This document shows, one piece after another, positions 35,909-46,300 of a stretch of 59,465 nt of DNA (the stretch's first letter is position 1; every line of letters begins with the position of its first letter). Position numbers and translations under genes: made by a program. The notes under the pieces were generated by a model. It did not search any database. It worked only from the letters and a program-made list of their open reading frames with translations, and was not told the origin of the DNA. The stretch is taken from the IMG/VR virus record IMGVR_UViG_3300032212_000005, positions 1-59,465 of that record. One strand, 5' to 3'. This DNA comes from a virus (taxonomy: Duplodnaviria > Caudoviricetes).

Positions 35909-37437
35909 TGCCAGGCCCGTTAGCAACGACAAATACGCCAACACCCGACGAGCAGTTAGAAGATGATCCACTTACTGGAGATTCAACGCCTGATCCAGCA
36001 TCTTCAACCGGATATCAACCGTCTTCCAATCAAGCCCCTGATGTAACACTCGATTACGACACAGACACAGTTGAAGGTCGAACTGAGCGACTGCAGCAGA
36101 AAGGCAGTCCTCTAATGCAGCTTGGTGAAACCCGAGCCCGGCAGATTCAAAACAGTACAGGCACACTGAATAGCACCATGACAGCAGGCGCTGTACGTGC
36201 ATCAGACTATGAGGCCACGATACCAATTGCTACGGAAGATGCTAGAAACTCTATTCTTGTGAAGCAAGGGAACCAGCAGCAAGCAAACCAGTTTGGATTA
36301 GCCAGGGAGCAAGGTGAGGTTCAGGGCGAGTTGCAGGAAAGCCAAGGCGATATTCAGTCTCGATTGCAGTCAGAGCGCGGTGAAATCGACATTCAGTTGC
36401 AAGGCGCGGATGCTGAAACCCGAAAAGCATTGCTTGAGCGTCAAGGCGAAATTGACGCTGAGTTAGCCGGGATACAGGGTCAGATACAGTCAGATTTGCA
36501 AGCTGAGAGAGGCGAGATTGATTTGGCATTGCAGGATGCTGATGCTTCTACCCGAATGGATTTGCTTAATCGGCAGGCTGAGATTGATGAAGAGCTTTCA
36601 TTCATTGGGTTCCAGCAGCAGTTACAGTTACAAGATGCGCGTGGCCAAATTGATCTTCAACTGCAAGAGGCTGATGCAGCCACAAGAACAGCTTTGCTTG
36701 CACAACAAGCCGAGATTGACCTCGGATTATTGGATCTTAGGAACCAGCAAGAAGAGCGCATTCTAGCCCAACAGACAGCCGCACAGTCGCGGATTCAGGA
36801 AGAGAAGGGTTTAATTGATGCCCAGCTTCAGGACGCGGACGCTGAGACTCGGGAAAGATTACTTGAACGCCAAGGCGCTCTTAATCTCGAACTGGCTCGA
36901 GAGAATGGCAATATCAGTGCAAACCTAGCGGCCATGCAAGGTGATATCGACCGACAACTACAAGACTTGCGCGGTTCTCAGCAGTTTGGATTAAATGCCC
37001 AGCAGGCAGAGATAGAGCAAAGCCTTATTGAGCAGCGCGGAAGAATTGAAACTGAGCTGCAAAAGATTGTTGGCTCGCAAGCGCTTGAGCAGCAGGGATT
37101 GCGCGGTGATCAAGCGCAAGAATTGGCCAGGATCGAAGGAGAAAACCGTGCGCTTATTCAAACCAGCGCTTCGGCATCGCAATTCTACGCCCAGGTATCG
37201 GCGTCAATTGGTGAGATATTGGCACAGCCAGATATACCCGCAGCAGAAAAGCAAAACCTGATCAACCAGCAAAACAAGTTACTCCAAAGTGGTTTAACGG
37301 TTATTGGCGGTGTAGCTGACTATGATTTAGAGGGTTTGCTAAATTTCACAACATTCAATGGAGTCGGTGGAATATCAACAGGCACCGGAATCAATATTAA
37401 TCTTGGCGACCTGGGTAGTTTAGGTTTGGGGCAATAA
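35908..37437 (+). CDS. Q-rich hendecad-repeat internal virion/ejection protein
   Basis: 44-aa (4x11) repeats; IPIATEDA motif; position in the ejection module. Confidence 0.7.
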   Translation: MPGPLATTNTPTPDEQLEDDPLTGDSTPDPASSTGYQPSSNQAPDVTLDYDTDTVEGRTERLQQKGSPLMQLGETRARQIQNSTGTLNSTMTAGAVRASDYEATIPIATEDARNSILVKQGNQQQANQFGLAREQGEVQGELQESQGDIQSRLQSERGEIDIQLQGADAETRKALLERQGEIDAELAGIQGQIQSDLQAERGEIDLALQDADASTRMDLLNRQAEIDEELSFIGFQQQLQLQDARGQIDLQLQEADAATRTALLAQQAEIDLGLLDLRNQQEERILAQQTAAQSRIQEEKGLIDAQLQDADAETRERLLERQGALNLELARENGNISANLAAMQGDIDRQLQDLRGSQQFGLNAQQAEIEQSLIEQRGRIETELQKIVGSQALEQQGLRGDQAQELARIEGENRALIQTSASASQFYAQVSASIGEILAQPDIPAAEKQNLINQQNKLLQSGLTVIGGVADYDLEGLLNFTTFNGVGGISTGTGININLGDLGSLGLGQ

Positions 37438-37902
37438 TTGGAAGCAGCAATCCAAAAAGAGCAATTCACAGGCATTTGTACGGCTGACATGAGCCATTTG
37501 CACATGGTTGGTTTGCTTGGATACAACGCGCTTAAGGCGGACCCAGCACCACGGCAAGTCGTTTCATATGATAAGTGTAAGGCATTGGCCCAAACTTGCA
37601 TTATGAAGCCTGAGAATTTCTGCGAGGTTGCTGTGATAGATGGTGAGGTTGTCGGCGCATTATCCGCACTGGTGCATGAACAGATGGTATTTGAGCGTAA
37701 GCAAGCCTCGGTGGTGCAGTGGTATTGCACTGTGCCTTCTTATGGCGGTTTGTTGATGCGCCGGTTTGTGAATTGGGCTAAACCTCAACGAAAGATTAAG
37801 TGCATTGCTTTCACTGAGGAAATTGGAATGGATGAGCGCATTGGCCGAGTCATTGGCCGAATGGGCTTTCAACAAGTTAACACCTGGGTATATTGGAAAT
37901 GA
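37438..37902 (+). CDS. GNAT-fold acetyltransferase-like protein
   Basis: VAVIDGEVVGAL, WY....GGLLMRRFVNWAK, RMGFQ. Confidence 0.7.
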   Translation: MEAAIQKEQFTGICTADMSHLHMVGLLGYNALKADPAPRQVVSYDKCKALAQTCIMKPENFCEVAVIDGEVVGALSALVHEQMVFERKQASVVQWYCTVPSYGGLLMRRFVNWAKPQRKIKCIAFTEEIGMDERIGRVIGRMGFQQVNTWVYWK

Positions 37903-38369
37903 GTAACTTAGAGCTAGAGCAATTACGTTATTCGAGCGATAGCGACAGTACGCTAAGTACGCTTCACAACATTGTAAATTTCCGCCCGGAATTTTTGTGC
38001 TATTTACTTGAAGATGAATACCGAGAAGTGAAAGTACCGGGGGAAACACGGATACCAGCTGGCCGATATGAAATTAAGCTACGTACTGAGGGCGGCATGC
38101 ACGGCAGGTACAAGGATAAATACCCATGGCATAAAGGCATGCTATGGCTCCAGGACGTACCAAATTTCACATGGATCTATATTCACCCTGGCGTTACTGA
38201 TGACCATTCAGAAGGGTGTTTATTGACTGGTGATGGACAGCGACAAAACAAGACAAAAGCAGGGAAAAACTATGACACGATGGACGCATATCAGCGTATC
38301 TATGAATTGATTTCAAAAGCAATTCTTGATGGCCGGAAAGTCTTTATCACCATAAAAGACTATGCATAA
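37899..38369 (+). CDS. DUF5675 family protein, putative endolysin
   Basis: CYLLED..RE.KVPGETRIPAGRY, LQDVPNF..IYIHPG....SEGCLL.G. Confidence 0.85.
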   Translation: MSNLELEQLRYSSDSDSTLSTLHNIVNFRPEFLCYLLEDEYREVKVPGETRIPAGRYEIKLRTEGGMHGRYKDKYPWHKGMLWLQDVPNFTWIYIHPGVTDDHSEGCLLTGDGQRQNKTKAGKNYDTMDAYQRIYELISKAILDGRKVFITIKDYA

Positions 38370-38383
38370 GTTTCACGTGAAAC
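38370..38383. promoter_or_regulatory. parS-like palindrome GTTTCACGTGAAAC
   Basis: Perfect 14-bp palindrome equal to the core of the bacterial chromosomal parS consensus, in a 23-bp intergenic gap. Confidence 0.75.
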
Positions 38384-38392
38384 GGTGAGAAC

Positions 38393-39214
38393 ATGAGTAA
38401 ACTTATTAAAGGGATAGGGAAAGCCGTTAAGGGCATTGTCAAAGGCGTCAAAAAGGTGTTTAAAAAAATAACATCTTCGACACTTGGCAAAGTGCTTCTT
38501 GGTGCCGCCGCTATTTATCTCACGGGGGGCGCATTTGGTATGTGGAATACTCCCTTCTCGTCGATAAACGGCGCCTTTGTGAAAGGTGCCACGGATACAG
38601 TGGCTCAAACGACATTAGCCGCTGGTACTGAAACAGCGGCAGCAACCGGAGCGGCAGAAGGCGCAGTATTCGCTGATACGCTTGGTAGCGCAGCATCAGG
38701 CACATTAGAACTTGGTGCAAGTGAAGCTGCGACTAATGCAGCTTTGTCTAATGCAGCTCAATCAGCAGTATCTAGCACGGGTGTTGCGGCCGCGCCGACT
38801 GCGACTAACCTGGCCGTAAACACTGCAACGAACAAAGCGCTGGGTACGGCAGCGACAAAGGCAGTGACAGCAGGGGCGCAGCCTGGGCTTCTTGCCAAAC
38901 TTGGATCAGGCGCAGTTGATTTTGCCAAGGGTGTTGGTACGTTTGCAAAAAACAACCCCACGGCGGCCGCGATTGGCGCTAGCACTATTGCTGGTGCGCT
39001 TGGAAATGATGAGGTTGATCTACTTGAGAAAGAGGAAGAACTTCGAGCCCAAAGACTACGTGATGCCTATGAGGGTGTTGGCGATGTAGATCTTGGGTTT
39101 AATCCTAGCAGTAGTGGCTTGATGTACAAATCCAGTGGCGCGCCGGTATACGGTGGTGGCGGCATTCTGCAAAGACTTAGAAATGCCAGTAACGTAGGCA
39201 AAGGAGGCGGCTAA
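38393..39214 (+). CDS. DNA ejection/pilot protein
   Basis: Amphipathic K-rich N-terminus (KGIGKAVKGIVKGVKK) and A/G/T-rich body. Confidence 0.7.
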   Translation: MSKLIKGIGKAVKGIVKGVKKVFKKITSSTLGKVLLGAAAIYLTGGAFGMWNTPFSSINGAFVKGATDTVAQTTLAAGTETAAATGAAEGAVFADTLGSAASGTLELGASEAATNAALSNAAQSAVSSTGVAAAPTATNLAVNTATNKALGTAATKAVTAGAQPGLLAKLGSGAVDFAKGVGTFAKNNPTAAAIGASTIAGALGNDEVDLLEKEEELRAQRLRDAYEGVGDVDLGFNPSSSGLMYKSSGAPVYGGGGILQRLRNASNVGKGGG

Positions 39215-39765
39215 TGGGCGTTTTACAATCAGGCAAGACAAATGCGCCACAAGAGCAAGCAGAGGTCGGCGGTGAAGACAACGGTTTGATTGGCGATGAA
39301 TTGCCAGGCTCCGAGCCAGCAAGCCCTGAAGAGCAGCAAGCGCGGGATGAAATCGTAACTGCCGGACTTGGCCTTTTGTTTGAAAATGAGCAGACCAAAA
39401 AAGGCTTCTTGGATATTCTGAATCAATTATCAGATGATCCAGCAAATGCCATGGCGACTGTGACTACCATGATCATGGGCCAGCTTGATGATATGTCTAA
39501 GGGGCAATTGCCAGTCGAACTGGTATTACCGGCAGCAGCTGAGATACTCGACAATGTGGGCCAGTTGATTAACCAGCAAGGCATTGCCCAGGTTGACCAA
39601 AAGGTTTTGAATACCGCGACGCAAGAAATGGTGATTGGTGTTGCGGAAGAATTTGGTTTATCGCCTGAAGAAGCCCAAGAATTGCTGGCCGGATATAATG
39701 AATCTGATTTAGGCGGCATTATTGCCAGTCAACAAACAGGAGAAGAAAATGGGCAGCCTGCTTAA
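39214..39765 (+). CDS. Internal virion-module protein
   Basis: TAATG coupling; ASPEEQ, LVLPAAAEIL. Confidence 0.7.
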   Translation: MGVLQSGKTNAPQEQAEVGGEDNGLIGDELPGSEPASPEEQQARDEIVTAGLGLLFENEQTKKGFLDILNQLSDDPANAMATVTTMIMGQLDDMSKGQLPVELVLPAAAEILDNVGQLINQQGIAQVDQKVLNTATQEMVIGVAEEFGLSPEEAQELLAGYNESDLGGIIASQQTGEENGQPA

Positions 39766-40396
39766 TTCTTTACGCAAGGGTGTTGTGGCGGGTGCTACAA
39801 CCGCAAAGGAAATCTATCAGGATGACGCGAAATCGCAGCGCCAGGCTAAGATCATGGCCGCTCGAGATAAAGAACTAAGAGCCAATCAGGTTGAAGACCG
39901 CGAAGATAAGCAATCCTATGACGCAGAGCAAAATGCGCTAGAGCGAACGGCCAGGAATTCGCGTCCATCTGAAAAACTTGCTGAGGTCCAACTAGAAGAC
40001 CTTCAAGCGTATCGCAAAGCGACATCACCAGAAGAGCAACTGGAAGCCGCGAAGAAGATCATGGCCGCCAGTGGTCGACCCATGGAAGGTGATACTAAGC
40101 TAGGTAAACGCTTTATTGGTGGTTCAAAGGGTGTATTCGATACCGAAACCCAAGAATGGATTGATCCACCACAAGACCGAACCAGTCTGGTAAAAGAAGC
40201 AGGGAAGATTGCTCGTGACATAGATGCTAATCAAGTTGATATGCGCGGAAACCGGCTACCGGATGCCAAATCTTACGATGTGATTCTCAAGGATATATTG
40301 AGTTCTTGGGAAAAGAATATTGGAGGAAAACCAGCTGCAACTGGTGGTAATGGTGATAAAGTAGGAGGCAGTGATCCGCTTGGCCTATTTAACTAA
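39749..40396 (+). CDS. Internal virion/ejection protein
   Basis: AGGAG RBS; ends DPLGLF, typical just before giant ejection proteins. Confidence 0.7.
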   Translation: MGSLLNSLRKGVVAGATTAKEIYQDDAKSQRQAKIMAARDKELRANQVEDREDKQSYDAEQNALERTARNSRPSEKLAEVQLEDLQAYRKATSPEEQLEAAKKIMAASGRPMEGDTKLGKRFIGGSKGVFDTETQEWIDPPQDRTSLVKEAGKIARDIDANQVDMRGNRLPDAKSYDVILKDILSSWEKNIGGKPAATGGNGDKVGGSDPLGLFN

Positions 40397-43300
40397 TGAA
40401 ACTATCAGAAATACGGGATAAATACCCGCAGTACGATGATCGTACAGACCAAGAGCTAGCCGATGCCTTTTACGATAAATTCTATTCCGAGCAATTAGAC
40501 CGGGAAGATTTTTATACACGTCTTGGCTATACACCTGAAGTCGCTGAAGAACCAGTTTCAGAGTTAGAAGAAACCCCTACCCAGGTTGATGAAAACCCTA
40601 CCACCCCATTAGTTGCGGTTCAGGAAGAGCCACAGAAACCTGAGCCAATAGCTGTTAGACAGCGAGAGCCAGAGTTAGACGGTGGATTCCCATACAAAGA
40701 GCCAGAGCAAGTCGCGGCAGAAATCGAGCCGGCAAAGGTTGATGCGGCGCCAGAGCCCGACATTGCTTACCAGGCAACCGGCAATCCTGATGAAATCATT
40801 GATCTGCAGAAGCAAATTCAAGATGCTCGCGCCAAAGGATCGACATCCAGGGTAGCGCTTGAGCGCTTAAAAGAGATTGCTGGCGGTGCATTGCCTAGAC
40901 CCCTTCAGGCTGAATTGGATTCAGCACCACCATTAGAGGGATTGTCTGAAGAAGAAATGCTTGCTGAACCGCCAGCAGAGAAGAAAGTTGGCAACATTAC
41001 TGACTGGGATGCTTTCGAGCGCGACCGTTTAAACCAAGAAGTTATTGATTGGCAAGAATTCATAACTCCCAGTGATGGTGATGGCTGGGCGGAAATCATG
41101 CAGAAGACCGCAGAGAACATCCCTACGAGGTTTAAAAAGATTGCTGGCGGCATGATTCAAGCACTGGGCGAATCGCTTGTTAGCGATGTTGGTGCGTCTT
41201 TAAACCCAGGTATGGAAGCGGCATTAATGAATGGATCCGAGGCACTGGGTCTATCTCGTGAAGAATACGCCAACTTGCTGAAGGACAATTTTATATCCCA
41301 AACCGGCGAGAAGATTGCTGGCGAAGCGATTTTTGACCTTGAAGCCAATGCGCCAGATATGGCCGAAGGATCACTGCCATTTTATGTATCGTCGACACTG
41401 GGCGCAGTGGTTGAAATGGTACCGGCACTCGCTGGCAGCTTATTTACCCGTAATCCGAATGCTGGTCTGGCTATCATGTCGGGCCAGGTATATGGCGATC
41501 AATATGCTGAGTCGAGGGACCAGGGGCGTACACCTGATGAAGCGCAAGCAGATGCCTTTGTTCGTGGCGTATTGTTTGAAGCATTGCCCGAAAGACTGCC
41601 ATTAGGCGTTTTGACAGAAATGGCGACCGATGGCCGGTTACTGAAAATCCTCAAATCAGCTGGTGCTGAGGGATTACAAGAGCCAGTAACCCAGCTATTG
41701 CAAGTTTCCTATGATGCTGGGATTGATCCAAATGACACGGTAGCAGAAGCACTGCAACGTCCAGAGGTTTGGGCGGGTGTTCGTGATGCCGCGATCATTG
41801 GTATGGGTGCTGGTGGTACGCTTGGTGCGGTAACAGTTGGCATTGAGGAAGTTGCAAACAGGATATCTACCTCGGAATCCGTTGATGATGCTGTATTGGA
41901 AGCAGAAACAATACTCAATGAGGCAGAAGAACGCTCGAAATTAAGAGTAAACGATGTCCCGGGCGTGACAGATGCGCCTGATATCTCCCTGGATGCTCAA
42001 GCGGACGATATTATTGAAGATATCGAGTCTGTTACACCGGATATCTCTTCTGATACAAAGGTTTCAAGTGTTCAGGGCAAGATTGTTAATCGTGAAATAT
42101 TCGAGGAAGTTCGGGCTCTTCAAGAAGAAACAGGAAGAGAACTAGAGATTAGCGAAATCCAGAGAAGTTCTCGGATTGGATTTAACCACGCTCAAAATAT
42201 CAAAGAGGCTTTAGAAGACGATTCCGACACAACATTCCTAGATACCGAAACATTCAATAATGAAATTATAGAGCGACGTAAAACAAACAAAGGCAGTGAT
42301 ATTGCGCCTGAATCTGGAAGAGTGGAAACGGATGACGTTGAGCCTGAGATAGAACCCGTTACCCCTGAAATAGAAACTAAGACTACTCCGTACCAATCCG
42401 TACCAGATTCAGCTTTCAATGGTGATTTAGAAGAAGGATTGAACCGCGTCTTTTTAAGCGATGAGTTTAAAGGCGATTCGGTAGAATTAAGTGGCCAAGG
42501 ATTTACTGCTGATGAAACTAGGTCGCTGGAAAGCGTTGGTTTGGCAGAGAATGGGAGAATGTCTGCCGAGCAATACAATGAGTGGATGAAAGAAAGAGGT
42601 GCAAGACTCTCTCGACCTAGCACCACAAAAGAAAAATCACCGACTGCGGATAAAGACGCTCGAGGGTTGAGGGCAATCCGAGAAGATTTTGGTAATAACC
42701 AAAACAATCCAGAAGTTTTGGAGGCGCTTGCAAATGAAGCGTGGGCTTTGGATGAAGCTAATACTGGGCCTAGCAAGGCTGCCGGCAATTTATACAGTCA
42801 AATCAATGACAGACTTACTGAATTGTACGGGGCATCTAACAGAACTAGCCCGCAAAACATTGAAAGTTGGGCGATGAACTATAATCCGAAAGGTACTTTA
42901 ACGGTAAACCCTGACCAAGAACTTGGCGGAATAATTGATCAAAACCCACAAAACGGCACTTGGTTTGCAATCAGTCACAGAGATAATTCTGTGGTTGAAG
43001 GGCTCGAATCAAAAGAAAAAGCTTTTGAGGTTATTCAGAAGAGCAATGAGGTATATCTAGCCGGTAAAGAAGCGGCAACGTCACCTGAAAACAATCTCCC
43101 GGAGCCTACCCAGGCACAAAAGGAAGCTGGCAATTACAAAATGGGCAAAGTCGAGCTCAACGGCTTTGATATCTCCATTGAAAATCCTCGCGGGTCCTCT
43201 CGTTCAGGCAGGGATCCTGACGGTAATGATTGGTCCATTACCATGGCTAACGATTATGGCTATATCCGAAGAACCCGGGGCGCCGATGACTCAGGAAGCG

Positions 43301-46300
43301 ATGTTAAAAGCGACATTGAGCATGTCGACGTATTCATTGGTAAAGACTTGGCGAGCGATAAGGTTTTTATTGTTGATCAATACTACGATGGCGAGTTTGA
43401 TGAACACAAGGTAATGATGGGCTTCTCGACCGAGGATCAGGCCGCGCAAGCCTACCTGGATAACTACGATGAAGGCTGGGAAGGGCTGGGCGACATTACT
43501 GAAATGAATGTCGAGGAATTTAGGGAATGGGTTTATAACACTGAAAAAACCAGCGCTCCCGCTACCGGCAACACGGAAAACGCACAGCAAGATATTGAAA
43601 CTGAGACTCAAGGTGAGCTGACAAAGCTCTATCAAGACATAGTAGATGGTGAGGTTCGTGTCGAAGATGCCATTGATAGCCTTGAAGAATTCGATGATTT
43701 GCCTACAGAAGTTGAAGTGGCTATTGGTAAGTATCGCGCCGAACAGCTTGAAGACTCTGAGGTTTGGGGCGAGCGCGGCGACCGGGAACAATGGGATAGT
43801 GAATTCATTGAAGTAATAGCGCCTCAGTTATTGGAGGACCGCCCAGGCATCAGGGAAGCTATCATTGAAGTTGATTATGATGCAGTGACCTATCCAGAAG
43901 GAGAAGGAACGACCGTTGCAGTTTTCGACACAAGCAATATTGTGCAATCGGAAGCCAGCAACAAAATCAAAGCGCACCACGGATCCCCGCATAGCTTTAG
44001 CAAGTTCACAACTGAGAGAATAGGTACAGGTGAAGGAGCCCAAGCCTTTGGTCATGGTTTGTATTTTGCCGAATCGGAAGGGGTGGCAAGATCGTACCGG
44101 GATAATCTAGGCAAGGGTACAGGGATCTCTGAAGACGATGTAATGGCTCGCGCTCTTGATGCTCGCAACGGTAATTTTGAAGCTGCAGCTAAAGATATGC
44201 GTAATCGCGGCGATAGAGCGATGCAAGGCGAAAACCCCGAGGATGCTAGTCGCTTTTATAGAATGGCTACGCAGTTACAAGCTAAGTATGACCCAAGAGG
44301 AAAGGTGTATACGGTCGAGTTGGATGTCCAATCAGATGAATTGCTTGATTGGGATCTGCCTTTTAAAGAACAAAGCGAGTTAGTGCAGAAGGCCCTGAAA
44401 GATATGCAGGGCTCCGGGAAAAGACTAGAGGAAATGTCTCGTGAAGAGATAATTGCCGTGCTCGAGCATAATGACCCGGATGGTGATTATTCTGATGCTG
44501 CGTCAGCTGTTCAAGGCATGGACCCATTAACCAGGGAAGAAGCGCTAGAGCTGGCGACCGAAAAAGAGATTGATGAATATAGGTTTTCTGAGATAGGCGA
44601 TAACCAAACCGGGAAAAGCATTTACCGACAGTTAACCTCTCAAGAAGGCGGAGGTAATGTTTATAGCAACCCTGCTCAAGCCAGGGTAAGCGCTAGATTG
44701 CTCGAACTTGGCGTGAAGGGCACTAAGTACAAAGACGGATTTTCCAGAGGGAAAGAAGGTGATGATGGCACATACAATTATGTGATCTTCAGCGAAGATT
44801 TAGTGAACATTGTTTCAGTGGATGGCGTGGAAATGTCTTTAAGTGAAGTGAACGAACTCACTGAAGGCATGAACGATGAACAAATTGATCAATTCTATAA
44901 CGAGGTTTTTGAAGGAGAATCAGATGTTGTCGAAGAAGGAGTTTCAGAAGAGAGTCAGGAAGGCCAAGAGCAGGAAGGCATCAATCAAGATGTCGAAGGA
45001 TCTGATACAGTCGAGGGCAGTCAAGAAGCCAGCGAGCCAAAAGGCGAAGTAAAGCTAAAATCCAATGGCGATCCATTCGCTTCGGAGAAGAGCGCCAGGG
45101 CGTCAAAAGTATTTAAAAACGCTGATAATGCCAGAGTGGTTGAGGTTGAAGGTGGCTATGGCGTTGAAATTATCGAGTCATTTGTCGCCACACATTACGT
45201 AAAAGAATTCGGTGAAATGGTCGACCTGATGGCGGTTGACCTTGAAAAAGGCATGTTCATCGAGTCGATAGGCCAAACACCGCAGTATTACAATCTTTCC
45301 GAGGTTTGGGACTATCAAACCATGGAGCGAGTTGAAGCAAAACCGGAACCAGAGCGTGTGCCGGCTTCTGAATTTTCGGATTACACCAAACAGCAGCCGC
45401 TTGATGAATACGGCGACTATTGGTTTAACCGCTCTTTACACCTGAACTACACCAATCCAGAGGAGCGCGTATTGATGGAGCGCGTTGTTAAGGAATCCGG
45501 TGAAGTGCTATCGCTGAATCAGGCTGATGCTCGAATATTAGAATGGGAAGCGGAAATGGACCGCCAGCGTTTGTCTGGTGAAAACCGCAATAAGATAGTC
45601 ATTAGCCTATTTGATGAAACCGGAACATGGGCTAATCCATGGGCTCTTGCTGGTTATGATGTTCGCAAAGTCGATTTGGCTAGTGAAGGCGTCAATGTCT
45701 TTGACATTGATATGGATTGGTTGCTCGAGAATGGTTTTGTCGACGATGACGTTCATATGGTGCTGGCAGCATGCCCATGCACGGAATTCTCGGTTGCCGG
45801 TAACAGATACAAACCCGGTGGAGTTGACGAGAAGCAAGGTGCCCAGGCAAAGCAAGATCAAGCAGTCGCGCTGGTTCAGCATACTTTGCGCGTCATCAAT
45901 GCGATGAAGCCTAGATATTGGGCCATTGAAAACCCAGTAGGGACCATTCAGAAGCTGTCTGGCTTGCCTGATGCTCGATTATCGTTTCATCCCAGTCATT
46001 TTGGATTCCCGTACACCAAGAAAACAATGATATGGGGCAATTTCAATGCTGATCTTCCGACCGCAAACGTCGACAATGTAAAACGTGAAGTTGATAAGCG
46101 CGATGATGGCTACTTTGATCCCCTGACTAAAGAACTTGTTCCGACACCGCTAAGAAATGCTTTAGATGCCAGCAAGGCCAAGCATATCGGCGGTTCATGG
46201 GCATTTGATTTGCGTGGCGACGTACCAGAACACAAGCGATTGCGATCAGCGACACCAGAAGGATTCTCATATGCTTTCTTTATGGCGAATTCAGGCGCGA

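Noticed and set aside
36300-37140. CRISPR-like or DNA-level tandem array
   Set aside because: The repeats are degenerate at DNA level and explained by protein periodicity; no repeat-spacer structure was seen anywhere in the window
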